DNA of 64,000 bases from a virus: IMG/VR virus record IMGVR_UViG_3300045988_098681, one strand, 5' to 3'. Below, in pieces: positions 20,182-31,047 of this stretch (its first letter is position 1; the number at the start of each line of letters is the position of its first letter). The translations under genes and the position numbers were made by a program. The notes under the pieces are model-generated. The model was not told the origin of the DNA. It searched no databases and saw only the letters and a list, made by a program, of their open reading frames with translations.

Positions 20182-20550
20182 TTATGCACCTACCTTAATC
20201 TTAATAATGTTGACAACGATATTTGTAGTAGGAGTCTTAGTACAATTAAAAGTGATAGAGTTTGTTATCGTCACATTGTTCGGATAAATACCAGCTTTTG
20301 CATATGCCTCAAAATTATTAGGACTCGGAAATGTTAAATAAACATATCCAGTTGTTTCCAATCCTACCACTTGAATTGTTTGCGTATTCCCACTCCATCT
20401 ATTAGAGGACAATGTTCCAGTTAAAATACTTGAGGTTGCATTAAATATTGCAGTATCTATTTTATCAGAATTAGAATTTATAATGTCAACACTTACAATC
20501 GAATCGCCATCTGGTTTTTCTAAATTATAATGACTCGTAAATGTAGCCAT
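20182..20550 (-). CDS. hypothetical tail protein
   Basis: 122-aa ORF with a GGAGGTG RBS. Confidence 0.5.
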   Translation of the reverse strand: MATFTSHYNLEKPDGDSIVSVDIINSNSDKIDTAIFNATSSILTGTLSSNRWSGNTQTIQVVGLETTGYVYLTFPSPNNFEAYAKAGIYPNNVTITNSITFNCTKTPTTNIVVNIIKIKVGA

Positions 20551-20561
20551 AAAATCACCTC

Positions 20562-22208
20562 CTATATCTTGTTATACCTAAGTTCATTCCAAGTATAACT
20601 CCTTAAATCATTCCAAGTATAATTTCTCAAATCGTTCCAAGTAGTAGCCATAATTTCAAGAGCTGTTATTATTACTTCGTTTGGCAATAATGCTATCTTG
20701 AACCAATAATCAGATAAATTACCGCTCAATGGTTGCATTTGAACAGTTTCTTGCTTATTTATATCTCCATTGGAAATCTCATATATAAAAGAGCCACCTT
20801 GATATGATAATTGGTATAAAGCATTGGTATAGTTTGTTGTTTCCATATCCTCATTTATATCATCCCATAGATATCTAAGGTTTGTGCCAGTGTTATTATA
20901 AATAACATCGTTTCTTGGACTTGTGCCAGTAGTATCCCATGTATTAGTTGATATGGCAGTGTAAATAAGTTTTGTTGTTGTATTGTAATATTTATCGCCT
21001 GCTGTAGCAGACACTGGTGCGCTTGTACTCATTGCAACCAAATCAATATATTCACCCTCTTGTTTATAAATTATCCCACTAAAGTTATTATCTGTAGTGT
21101 GCCAATTTATAAAAGTCGTAGATTCATATGGAACATATAAAGGTGATTGTGTTGAACCAATATTCCAAATGATATTTGTTCCATCATTTATTCTTACACT
21201 ATTGCTACCGATATAAGGTTCATTTGTGAGAAAATCATATTGTGGGGATGTTGCAGTTTCAGATACTGCTTCGCCTCTATTTATCAATAATGGAGACCAC
21301 ATCAAATCTATTGAATCATTCTCACAATTTACTCTAGCTGTCGGCGGATTATCAATTTGTGGTTGAGCATATTGAACATCGAACCATATTGTAGGTTGAT
21401 TCAAAATAACTCCATCTTGATTTTCTAATACTAAGCTGACACCATATCTTTCACTATTGATGAAGCCATCAAAAGTATATTCTATTACGCCTGCACTAAT
21501 CTCACCACTTCTATTTATAATCTCGCCCAACCGATTATAAATTATCCATTCAAAATATTTATACCCAATATTCTCATTCTGCTCATAAGTAGCTTTAAAT
21601 GTATAGGATTTGTTATCTACAATACTTGGAATTGCAGATAGAGTAAGGGTAGGATTCGTCCTAGCTTTAAAATAATAACTTGTAGAAGTTACATTGTTAT
21701 TATAGATATTATAACTTGCATTATTATTTGCATACTGATATAAAGACGGATTTGTCACAACATAAACTTTTCCATCTTCCTCACCCATATCAGTAATTAA
21801 CCCACGATATGCTCCAATCTGCATATACATACCAGTTTTTACAAATTGATTTGGTCTAATATAAATGTGTTGATTAACAGTTGTCCCAATGCCTTGGCAA
21901 GTTCCATAAGTTATCCAGATATCTGCTATTTCTGTATATAGAGTAACACTCCATAAATAATCAACTCCATTTACTAATCCTACTGTTGATGGAACAGTAA
22001 ACGATAAAATATCGCCAGAATACAATGGTTTTGATAATGTAATTACACTAGATTGATATATACTTTCTCCACTATCTGTCGTAATTACATACTTATACGA
22101 TGTAACTTTTGTTCCACCATCGGCATTTATGTAACATGAAAATTCATTCACCTTTTTTCCATCTATATCTGATAAATATGGTGATGGATAGGACGGTTGG
22201 TATAACAT
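20562..22208 (-). CDS. hypothetical tail protein (first gene after the tape measure; distal-tail position)
   Basis: 548-aa ORF. C-terminus carries 3 tandem 8-aa repeats (TWNDLRNY). Confidence 0.55.
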   Translation of the reverse strand: MLYQPSYPSPYLSDIDGKKVNEFSCYINADGGTKVTSYKYVITTDSGESIYQSSVITLSKPLYSGDILSFTVPSTVGLVNGVDYLWSVTLYTEIADIWITYGTCQGIGTTVNQHIYIRPNQFVKTGMYMQIGAYRGLITDMGEEDGKVYVVTNPSLYQYANNNASYNIYNNNVTSTSYYFKARTNPTLTLSAIPSIVDNKSYTFKATYEQNENIGYKYFEWIIYNRLGEIINRSGEISAGVIEYTFDGFINSERYGVSLVLENQDGVILNQPTIWFDVQYAQPQIDNPPTARVNCENDSIDLMWSPLLINRGEAVSETATSPQYDFLTNEPYIGSNSVRINDGTNIIWNIGSTQSPLYVPYESTTFINWHTTDNNFSGIIYKQEGEYIDLVAMSTSAPVSATAGDKYYNTTTKLIYTAISTNTWDTTGTSPRNDVIYNNTGTNLRYLWDDINEDMETTNYTNALYQLSYQGGSFIYEISNGDINKQETVQMQPLSGNLSDYWFKIALLPNEVIITALEIMATTWNDLRNYTWNDLRSYTWNELRYNKI

Positions 22209-22235
22209 ATACCATTTCCTCCTTTCTAAAAAGAA

Positions 22236-22259
22236 TATCCCCTGTCGAAACAGGGGATT
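22236..22259 (-). terminator. rho-independent terminator/attenuator after the tape measure gene
   Basis: Stem TCCCCTG / CAGGGGA with loop TCGAAA. A T-run follows on the - strand (plus-strand CTAAAAAG). Confidence 0.5.
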
Positions 22260-22264
22260 CTATA

Positions 22265-23210
22265 TTAACCCCGAACAATAGCAAGATTTTGTAATTGTCT
22301 TACAAAGTCTTTTGCGTTGTCGGATTGTACGGTAAGATTTTGAATTGTAATGGAGTGGTCGTTTGTAATCACAGACGATTGCGCACCCATTAGATTCTTT
22401 GGATTGATTCTACCCCAATCCATAAGGTTTTTCGTTAAGTCAGCAGGAATAATGCCTGTTCCCTTCTTTAGAAAATCATAGTTTCCCGTAGGAGGAATCA
22501 TAAGCTCGTCACCAAGCTCGTTGACATTATAAACACCTGTCTTTGGAAGAGAAAGCGAACCCGAAGCCTTCTTGCCTGCTTTTTTAAGTGGGTCAGCAGT
22601 GCCAGCTTTAACTTTTTTCTTTGAGGTCTTGGTACTAGAAGCTCTATAATGTAAATTACCTTGTGCATCGTACCAAACTTCTACCTCGTATCCCTCAGCA
22701 CGTCTTTGGTCGATATTGGCTTGAACTGCACGATTACGGATTTCTTGTGCCGACATGGTTTCTTGGTAATAGTAGGTTGCATCTGTTGTTTTTGTAGATG
22801 CAGGTTTCCATTCCGGAACGACCATGTTGTTTGCATTATTGAGGGCTGAATTTGCTAAATCAAGCTCCTTTTGAGCTGCATTAACAGCTTGGATTGCCGC
22901 AATAACCTCTTGTGTCCCACTAATGTACGAGTTCTTCCAATTTGTAAAGTTTTGTGTTCGACCTTGGAATATGGCTTGTTCAATAGTCATGCCAAGTTCC
23001 GCTTCAATGTTGTAGCGGTTAAGAGCCTTTGTTTGCTCATCAATTACATCTTGGTATGCTTTCTTTTCATCTTCTTTTTTCTTAATTAAATCCTCAAGAG
23101 CCTTAATTTGTTCTTGAATTGCTTGCTTTTCTTTTTCGCGCTTTCGAGCAGTATCAAAATCATCGAGTGCGGTTTGAGCATCCTTTACTTTTTTAGGGTC
23201 AGCAGTCCAT
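22265..23210 (-). CDS. tail tape measure protein, exon 2
   Basis: The reading frame is open upstream of the annotated ATG as far as 23209 ('WTADPKKVKDAQTALDDFDTARKREKEKQ...'). It joins in frame to exon 1. Confidence 0.7.
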
Positions 23211-24606
23211 CAGTCTGTTACTTTTATGACCTATAAAAATAGGCGAGCTGGCATTTCTACCAACTTCTCACATTTCATTATTTGATTATAGTGTGAGTTC
23301 GGACTATATATTAAATCTGTCTAAACAGATTAACAACTTCAATATATATGTTACCATATATATCCTGTAGTCTCTACGGATTTTAAATGTTAATAAAAAA
23401 GTTCTGATAAAATATTTTTTATATTTTTATACTCCCAATAAGGTATTTCAATAAATCTGATATTATGTTTTCTACAATATTCTCTTTTAATGTTATCTCT
23501 AATTTGTCCATTTTTAAAATTTTGTAAAGCCTCTTCTTTTGATGAGCCAAATGTTACAACCTCATAATGTTGTTGCCCCATATATTCAATTACACAATTA
23601 TACTCTGGGAGATAAAAGTCATATTCTAGTGAGTTAATATATTTACATTTATCAAGGACACATTGTTCTATATATTCTATCCCCATCTCATCTAAAAATT
23701 TAGAAACTTCTCGTTCGCCAATAGTAGCATAGCATTTTGGACATTTTCTACCTACCAACATTTTGTTTGGAATCATCTCAAATTCCTTATGGCAAATATT
23801 ACATTTACATAAAATAGGAGTAGAATTATTAATATATTCACCTAAAATCTCATAACTTTTATCTCTTCTTGCATCGTTTATCAAATCTTCTTTAGTAAAA
23901 TTCAATAAATGACAACTACACTTATTCCTCTTTGCCATTAACCTCAAAGATTGCAACATGCAAGATTGAACCCCTTTATTCTTGTGCCTTTTACAAATAT
24001 AAGAAACCCTACTTTTTCTTCTTTGATTTTTTCTATCAATACCTACATAAATCAATCCCGCATTGTCGCACAAATTATTTAATTCATTTACATTAAAAGG
24101 TTTCAATAAATTTTCATCTTCTCTCATTGCATTATATCTACATTCGTTATTGCAATATATTTTATCATATAACTTATATCTTGCCAATGAAATTCTTATA
24201 GAATTACCACAATATGAACATTTCGTAGAAATAGACTTATTGGTTATGTTTAAAAAATTATCTAAAAGAAATATAATATCATCTAAATTTTTATTGCTGT
24301 CATTTAAAACAATTTCATTCAAACATTTCTTTTGATATAATAATTGATACAATAAATCATCTAATTCGCCTATATGCCAATTAGTTTCCAATAAAACTTT
24401 TTCTACCTCTTCTTTTCTTCTATAATAAAAACTATATATCTTACAATTTTTATCTATTTTATATGGACATACAAAACACTCATATCCACAATATTGTAAC
24501 TTTTTCATAACATTTAATCTTTCCTCGGTCTACACTATCTCTAGTCTTTAACCGATATAGTTGTTTTATTCGATATATGTCTCCATATAAAGGGGCATGT
24601 TAGTCT
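23211..24606 (-). ncRNA. group I intron carrying an endonuclease ORF (~1.4 kb)
   Basis: On the - strand: P1 GGGU|AGACUAACAU GCCC, an R-like 'GGTTAAAGACTAGAG' (~24540-24553), an S-like 'TAATATATAGTCC' (23301-23313), and a final G at 23211. The ORF sits between the R and S elements. Confidence 0.7.
23390..24508 (-). CDS. intron-encoded putative homing endonuclease (zinc ribbons + Vsr/DUF559-like PD-(D/E)xK-type domain)
   Basis: 372 aa. Multiple CxxC pairs. C-terminal 'LEYDFYLPEYNCVIEYMGQQHY...RDNIKREYC' resembles the 'DF.LP...IE.DG.QH...D..K' nuclease signature. Confidence 0.5.
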   Translation of the reverse strand: MKKLQYCGYECFVCPYKIDKNCKIYSFYYRRKEEVEKVLLETNWHIGELDDLLYQLLYQKKCLNEIVLNDSNKNLDDIIFLLDNFLNITNKSISTKCSYCGNSIRISLARYKLYDKIYCNNECRYNAMREDENLLKPFNVNELNNLCDNAGLIYVGIDRKNQRRKSRVSYICKRHKNKGVQSCMLQSLRLMAKRNKCSCHLLNFTKEDLINDARRDKSYEILGEYINNSTPILCKCNICHKEFEMIPNKMLVGRKCPKCYATIGEREVSKFLDEMGIEYIEQCVLDKCKYINSLEYDFYLPEYNCVIEYMGQQHYEVVTFGSSKEEALQNFKNGQIRDNIKREYCRKHNIRFIEIPYWEYKNIKNILSELFY

Positions 24607-27600
24607 ACCCATCCTAAACTGCTGTCATATACCCTAACCGTCTTTTGCTTCTTGGCTTCTTCAAGTGCATTAACCAACTTAATACGTTCAGCCTGTTTAT
24701 CAAGAGCTTCATTTTGCTCGTCCATAAGGTCAAGTTGTTCGTTAAGTTTTGCAATTTGCTCATTATAGCCATCTATCGTTTTGTCGATAATTTCTGTTTG
24801 CTCGTCTGCATAGAATTGCAAGGCTGATATAAACGCATTGGCTCTATCTTGTCTCTTTTGAGCTTCTTCTAACTTCTTTTGAGCTGCTTCGACTGCGGCT
24901 TCGGCGGCTTCAATCGCCGCTTGTTTAAGAGCCTTGGCAACCTCGTTCTTTGCTGCATAAGCTGCATCTACAAGTGCATTACGAGTCACCTTAACCATTG
25001 ACTTGTCTAATGCACCCGACTTAACAGATTGTCTTATAGATTTTTCGGACTTCTTTTGAGCTTCGTCTACCTTCTTTTGGTATTGCTCGGCTGTTAGTTG
25101 TCCGCTTTCATATTGCTTTTTAAGATTATCAAAGAGAGCAGTGTAGCCCTTTTTAATATAATCTCGATAGCTATCAAAGTCTATTTTACCATTCTTATAG
25201 AACTTTTTAGCGTATTTCCAAAGCTCATTATAATACTTTTCGCCATCAATTTGCCCCTCTTTATAACGATATTCAATCTCGCTAAAGATGTCCTTAACAG
25301 CGGTCGTATTATATTGCTTATATGTGTCAAGCATGGATTTTGCGTCACTTGCATAATCCGAACCCATTTTCTTGAGCTTGTCGTAGTAAGATTTGCCGCG
25401 CTTTTGCACATTAGAATAATATTCAGATGCGCTTATTTCACCCTTTTGATATGCGTCCTTTTGAGCCTTTTGGTATTCCTCAAGACGTTTCTTATAGATG
25501 GAGAGGTAATCTTTCTTTTCTTTTTTACCTTTACCATCTCCGCCATCTCCGCCACCACTAACACCTTTACTATAAACCTTAATTTTACTAAGTTCAGCAA
25601 TCACCTTTTGAGATGTTGCAATTACATTCTCCCATTTATCTTTAGATTGACTTGCGACATCTTCTGCTAAGGCATCTGGGGATTTTAGCTTTGTCTTTGA
25701 GAACATATCGCTAGATACATTCTTCATCAGCTTATTTGTGGTAGGCGCAGAAACCGACATAACTTTGGCAAGTTGTTCTCTAGCTTTTATCTCATTTTCT
25801 GTTTGAGCGATTATGGATTCTGCCTCTGCAATGATTGCTTTTTGTGTTGCAATCGCAGAATCTTTTGCGGCTTGTGATACAAAATAGTATGTATCTCCAA
25901 CCTCTACAAGTTGATTCTTATAAACCTCATAAATGCTTTGTGACGATGAATAAACTCCATTTAATTTTCCAGTAGCATCACGAAGTTTTTCAACTTTACT
26001 TTTCGCTCCGTCAAGAGTGCCTTTTGCGCCATCATAAGCACCCATAAGAAGTTTAAGTTTATCATAATTTTCTTTTTGTGAGTTTGTAAGTTCCCCACCA
26101 GAGTCTATGATATTTTGAAGAGCATTATAATATTCTACAAGCGAATCAATATTCCCAACCTTATCTAAGAAATCTTGAGCCGATATTGCCCCAAGATTAT
26201 ATTGGCTAGTAACTTCTTTGAGAAGTTTTAGTTTGGTATCTAAAGCCTCTTGACCTGTTACATCTTTATAACGTGTCCCTTGTTCGCCTTCATATGCCTT
26301 TTTTGCCTCTATTAAATTTAAGTAAGCATTGGCAACCTTACCTAAATCATCAGATGTTTTAGCAATGTGTTGGTTGCGAAGCTCTTTAAACTTGCCAGTT
26401 AAAACACCGACCGCAACACCTAAGCCGAGGAATACCGCAGCATATGGTGCGATAGAAGCAAGCATTGGAATTAAAGATGCTAGAACAGGAGACAAACGAC
26501 CTAGTGCTTTTGCAAGCCCTAAAGTTTTTACTATATCATGTATGGTAGCAATTATAATAGGGAGGTCTTTAAGTATCTTTTTAGCTGCTCCAAGCACACT
26601 AACAATTTTCTTTACTACCGATAGAAATTCTTTAGCAGAGCCGATTGCACCTGTAAATAAGCTACCTGCAATTTTGAACCCCTTGATTATAAGAAGGGCT
26701 TTGGCTATTTTTGTGATTGTGCTAATAGCTTGTTCGTTTTCGGCTAAAGAACGAAGCGCAGAATTAACTTTGTCTAATAAATCTCCAATAGCTTCTGAAT
26801 TTGCAAAAGCTAAAACTAATTCAGCCCAAGAATCTTTAATTGCTTTAATCTTCTTGTTAAGATTCTCCATCGCACGAGCATTTTCATCAAGTGCAGAACC
26901 CGAAGAATTGAGGGCAATATCGTGTGCTTTAAGAACTGTATCAAAGTTTTGGAGAATGGCTGATAAATTCTGTGTCTGATTTGCGCCTGCTTGTATGTTA
27001 AGATAGTAAAGTTGTTCGTCTTTACTTAATTGATTCCAAATTTTCGATACATCTGCAAGTGTATCATATAATTTACGTTGATTGCCTTCTTGGTCTTTAA
27101 TAGCAATATTATGTTCTTTGTACCATTTAACAAGTTTCTGACCTGTAGAAGATGTTTCATCAATAGTTTGATTGTAGCGGCTTTGCACGCTTACAAGCGC
27201 ACGAGAAACTTTTGCACCAGAACGTGTAATCTCCACCCCTGCCGTCATTAAGGAGAGTACATCTTCGTATGTATTCCCACCGACAGCTAATGCAGCAGAT
27301 GCTTTTCCAATATTTGTTGCGAGGTCGGCGGAACTTACGGCTGTACGATTTGATACCTCGTTTATTGCATCTATGATGTGCATAGCATCATCAGCTGTCA
27401 TATTAAATGCCTTCATTTGGCTAATAATAAAATTAGCCGCTTCGCCAGCATTAAGTTCTTCGTCCGCGATGTTTTGGTAAAGCGACGCCACTCTTGCTAA
27501 CGTTGCAGATTCCTCTTCACCAAAACCAGATTTTACAAATTCCGTAGCGGCATCTACCATTTGCGCCCTTGATTTTCCGACCTCTTGACCCATCTTGCCA

Positions 27601-28037
27601 AGTTTTTCAGTATATTCGTCAAGAGACTCACCAGACAAATCTGAAACCTTCTTTAGTTCAGTTAAAGAATCTTCAAACTCTAACAATGGTTGTATCGCTT
27701 GACCAAAGTTTACAACTACGTTCTTTACCGCTTGAAATACACCATTTATAGACTGCAACTTTCGACCCATGGACTCAAAGTTTTCACCTAAAGTCTGTGC
27801 TCCACTTGCAGTCCTTGTAAACGTTGTGCTAAGAGTATTCCCCTCACTATCCAATTTTTTCATCTCAAGATAAGCGTTACCTGCCGTATCTTTAAGCTTT
27901 GAAAATTCTTGAGTTATCTTAGGAATCCCATTTGCATCAAATGTTATCTTTTGTGTTTTGCTGACTTCTCTAAGCTGTTTTTTTATGTCATTGACATCAA
28001 CTTGCGCCTTTATATTAAGCTTGAAATCATCAGCCAT
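24607..28037 (-). CDS. tail tape measure protein, exon 1
   Basis: 1145-aa, mostly helical A/K/E/Q-rich ORF with a central hydrophobic segment. Longest tail gene. Stop lies 2 codons after the proposed splice site. Confidence 0.75.
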
Positions 28038-28061
28038 ATTTATACCCCCTTTCTACAGAGG

Positions 28062-28682
28062 TTATCTTTTTAGTTCTTCTATAATATCCGAAAAGCCCAC
28101 TTCGTTATATTTATACTCGTCATAAATCACACTCGCTACAATGTTAATTGCATCTGCAATATCATCATCGTTTTGTTTAGAGCCAAAACTTTTCCACTCT
28201 AAATCAATGCCAAAAGCACGATTGACTAGGTCAATACTCATTTTTTTCTCATAAGCCTTAGTCTTACCTTTGAGCTTTTCTAAGTCCTTTTTATTCCACT
28301 TTAAGTCCTTTTTCGCTTGATTGTATTCTTTACTATGTGTTAGGTTGATATTTACTTTGTTCTTCCATGTTTCAACAGGAATAAATTCAACATCAACACC
28401 GAACACACCCATAACACCAAGCACAATCCCTTGCAAAGCACCAAGCGTTTTAACTGTTTGAGAATTGTTGATAATTGGTGGTACATCTTCAATATACACT
28501 TTATCAATATGGTTTTCTCGCATAATCTCGCCTAGTTTGCCTGCCATATATGTAATCCTATTACGCCAATCTTTTTCTTGTGTGCTAAGTATCTCAATAC
28601 ACCCATAGTCCACAAGCTCTTTGTCACAAAAGATTGCGTAACCAGTTTTTTGGGTAGACATATCCAACCCTAAAATCTTCAT
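28062..28682 (-). CDS. RuvC-like Holliday junction resolvase
   Basis: 'MKILGLDMSTQKTGYAIF', 'KVYIEDV' and 'DDIADAINIV' match the RuvC catalytic D/E/D/D blocks. Confidence 0.7.
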   Translation of the reverse strand: MKILGLDMSTQKTGYAIFCDKELVDYGCIEILSTQEKDWRNRITYMAGKLGEIMRENHIDKVYIEDVPPIINNSQTVKTLGALQGIVLGVMGVFGVDVEFIPVETWKNKVNINLTHSKEYNQAKKDLKWNKKDLEKLKGKTKAYEKKMSIDLVNRAFGIDLEWKSFGSKQNDDDIADAINIVASVIYDEYKYNEVGFSDIIEELKR

Positions 28683-28703
28683 CCTTTTTATTCCTTTCGT
28701 ACC

Positions 28704-29225
28704 TTAAAAAGAGAACGCAAAGCCAACTTTACTTACGTCAAGTCCTGCGCTTATACATTCTCGTTGAAAAATGTTTGTTAAATTTTCATTACACCACTTC
28801 TCGAACTCATCCCAAAATGGTCTTGCCTCGATTGCAGGAAAGTTAATATGGGACTCTGATATACCACTATTGATGATATTATCAAGTTCATTGATTGTTA
28901 AGGCTCTACCTTCGACAACTGAACCATGACTAAATGGTTGATGCCAAGTTAGGGGGAGCATTTGCATAATTGACGCTTCAACAGCACTTCCTCTTAGACC
29001 TCTTACCATCTTTGCTTTTGTCTTACCCCATGTATCGTAAAACTCATGCGTCCTGCCGAACTCGCCACCATAGCCATTCGTCCAAGTCGCATTATAAGAA
29101 TACACAGTATGTTCAATAATATCTAGCAATTTATTCAAGGCAACTTCTGTCGTGCTATCTATTGCAATTTTTAACTTATCATATATAGCCGATTTTAGTT
29201 CGGTGGTACTATTTATCGTTTCCAT
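28704..29225 (-). CDS. hypothetical protein
   Basis: 173-aa ORF overlapping the upstream gene. Confidence 0.5.
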   Translation of the reverse strand: METINSTTELKSAIYDKLKIAIDSTTEVALNKLLDIIEHTVYSYNATWTNGYGGEFGRTHEFYDTWGKTKAKMVRGLRGSAVEASIMQMLPLTWHQPFSHGSVVEGRALTINELDNIINSGISESHINFPAIEARPFWDEFEKWCNENLTNIFQRECISAGLDVSKVGFAFSF

Positions 29226-29655
29226 CTTCTTGTTTCTCGCTTTGATTTAAAAACTTCTCAGCAAGTTCAGTTAATTTTGATTCTGTTGGCATAGCTTTTG
29301 CAAGGTTATCAAGTTCATTTGTCATTTTATCGCAAAGTCTAGTAAGTGCAAAATCCATAGATTCATAAACATGAACTTTTTCTTTGATTTCAATAACATA
29401 ATCGTAAACAAGACTCAAAATATCATTCCACAAGCCACTTGTTACAACTGTATCGTAATCAACTTCTTCGTCCTCTGCAATATCGGTACAAGCCGCTAAT
29501 ACACCAAATAAAAGCACAACTTGTCTATTAAATAAATCGTCCTCGGCAAGCATAAGCTCACAAATTTTCTTTTCCTGCTCGATTGTTAAATATGGTGTAA
29601 CATTAATGTCAAACTTTTCCAAGTAAACATTCTCAGGTCTTTTTAATCCTTTCAT
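29209..29655 (-). CDS. hypothetical acidic protein (tail assembly chaperone position)
   Basis: 148 aa, acidic. ATGA overlap with the MazF-like gene. Lies upstream of the tape measure gene. Confidence 0.45.
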   Translation of the reverse strand: MKGLKRPENVYLEKFDINVTPYLTIEQEKKICELMLAEDDLFNRQVVLLFGVLAACTDIAEDEEVDYDTVVTSGLWNDILSLVYDYVIEIKEKVHVYESMDFALTRLCDKMTNELDNLAKAMPTESKLTELAEKFLNQSEKQEDGNDK

Positions 29656-30020
29656 TCCTTTTCCTCCATCTTGAAATTCTTTAGAAATGCCTCTAAAATA
29701 AACCCCTTATCCATTTCTTTTACCATGCCAAGATACTTTTGTACTTGAAGAGCAACATCTATTGTCACAACTTGCTCACAAAGTATCGTATTTTCTTCGT
29801 AATCAAAAAATGGATAGTCGGACTTTTTCAAAATATAATGGGTCGGCATTTTAGATTTGGTTTGGCTACTTGTAATTGGCACACATATCGTTGTAGTGCT
29901 ACAAGCATTACCTATTGCATTTTGCAATATAAGACAAGGGCGAACCCCATTTTGAACAGAACCGCCCTTGTCCCCCAAATCTACAATATATATCCCCCAT
30001 TGATTTACGAACTTTCTCAT
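29652..30020 (-). CDS. MazF/PemK (EndoA-like) endoribonuclease toxin
   Basis: 'WGIYIVDLGDKGGSVQNGVRPCLILQNAIGN..STTTICVPITSS..KSKMPTHYIL..ENTILCEQVVTID' aligns block by block with B. subtilis EndoA/MazF. ATG 30020 lies 1 nt after the upstream stop. Confidence 0.8.
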   Translation of the reverse strand: MRKFVNQWGIYIVDLGDKGGSVQNGVRPCLILQNAIGNACSTTTICVPITSSQTKSKMPTHYILKKSDYPFFDYEENTILCEQVVTIDVALQVQKYLGMVKEMDKGFILEAFLKNFKMEEKE

Positions 30021-30021
30021 G

Positions 30022-30339
30022 TTAAATAATTTGTAAAAGCGACCCCACAACTGCTCCACCTATACCCGAAACTGCACAAGTAATAAGTGTTTTCTTTGCA
30101 TTGTTCCAAGCCTCAACAGGTTGCATCTCTAAGGCGCGGATTCTTCCATCTTCTCTTTCTTGGGTGTCCGCTAATCTTCTTTGTTCGTGAGTCATTTGTT
30201 CCATATTAGCTGCCATAACTTCAACGGAAGTTGCCAAACGATTTACATTTTCGCCAAGCTCTTCTAGCTTATCCATTCTGTACGTGAGACTTTTTATATC
30301 TTTTTTTAATCCTTGTACGGTAACTTCCATGCTCTCCAT
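30022..30339 (-). CDS. XhlA-like protein (coiled coil + C-terminal TM)
   Basis: 105 aa. Heptad-rich N-terminus and a C-terminal 'LITCAVSGIGGAVVGSLLQII' TM segment. Confidence 0.4.
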   Translation of the reverse strand: MESMEVTVQGLKKDIKSLTYRMDKLEELGENVNRLATSVEVMAANMEQMTHEQRRLADTQEREDGRIRALEMQPVEAWNNAKKTLITCAVSGIGGAVVGSLLQII

Positions 30340-30354
30340 AATAACTACCCCCTG

Positions 30355-30669
30355 TTATACAACTTTCGCAGTACTTAAAGTTCCATCGTTGGAAACCTTA
30401 ATTTGCCACTTTGTTCCATCTGGGGAGGTAATGTAGTGAGCATCAACGTAATTTTTATTTGTAGCCTCTTTCGCATCACTAGGGTCTGGAACTACAATAC
30501 TATCTGTAACATCTAAGTGATTAATTACAGCATCGCCATCAACCTTAATGTTCTTAAATAGAACAGCGTTTTCTATCCCTTTGTTCATGGTTAATTCGCC
30601 ATTTTCGTTGATTGCAAATGAGCTAGAATCAACTGGAATTAACCCACCACAATTTCCTCTAACATTCAT
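30355..30669 (-). CDS. hypothetical protein
   Basis: ATG 30669 preceded by GGGAGGAA. Confidence 0.5.
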   Translation of the reverse strand: MNVRGNCGGLIPVDSSSFAINENGELTMNKGIENAVLFKNIKVDGDAVINHLDVTDSIVVPDPSDAKEATNKNYVDAHYITSPDGTKWQIKVSNDGTLSTAKVV

Positions 30670-31039
30670 CTTGTTTTCCTCCCTTTTTCTTTTTAGGAGT
30701 AACTTTTGGCTCAAACCCCTTTACATACCATTCGCCATCAACATTCGCAACCTCTACAAATTCCGGTGTATAGTCGTATGGGTTCTTGATGGAGTATACA
30801 AAATCGCCAATTTCAACATAAAGTTCTCCATTTATCTCAAAGCGAACTTTGTTCATTCCTGTTGGCACAACTACTTCATCCTTTCCTAGTTTACATTTAT
30901 CCATTGTATCAAGTGGCTTCCACCGATGTTCATTTTGACACCTTCTTACAAATGGGCAAGTTTCACCGCTTTTACCACAAGTACAAAATTCTTCATATTT
31001 CCCAATTTGGCAATATTTACAAAACATGTGCCACCTCAT
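30659..31039 (-). CDS. hypothetical Cys-rich protein
   Basis: 126 aa. N-terminal C..C/C..C cluster. Confidence 0.5.
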   Translation of the reverse strand: MRWHMFCKYCQIGKYEEFCTCGKSGETCPFVRRCQNEHRWKPLDTMDKCKLGKDEVVVPTGMNKVRFEINGELYVEIGDFVYSIKNPYDYTPEFVEVANVDGEWYVKGFEPKVTPKKKKGGKQDEC

Positions 31040-31047
31040 TCAAAATT

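Noticed and set aside
26329-26979. 216-aa + strand ORF
   Set aside because: It is antisense to the tape measure gene. The same applies to 25098-25670 and 24645-24827. It has an Ala/Ser/Ile-rich mirror composition and no RBS.
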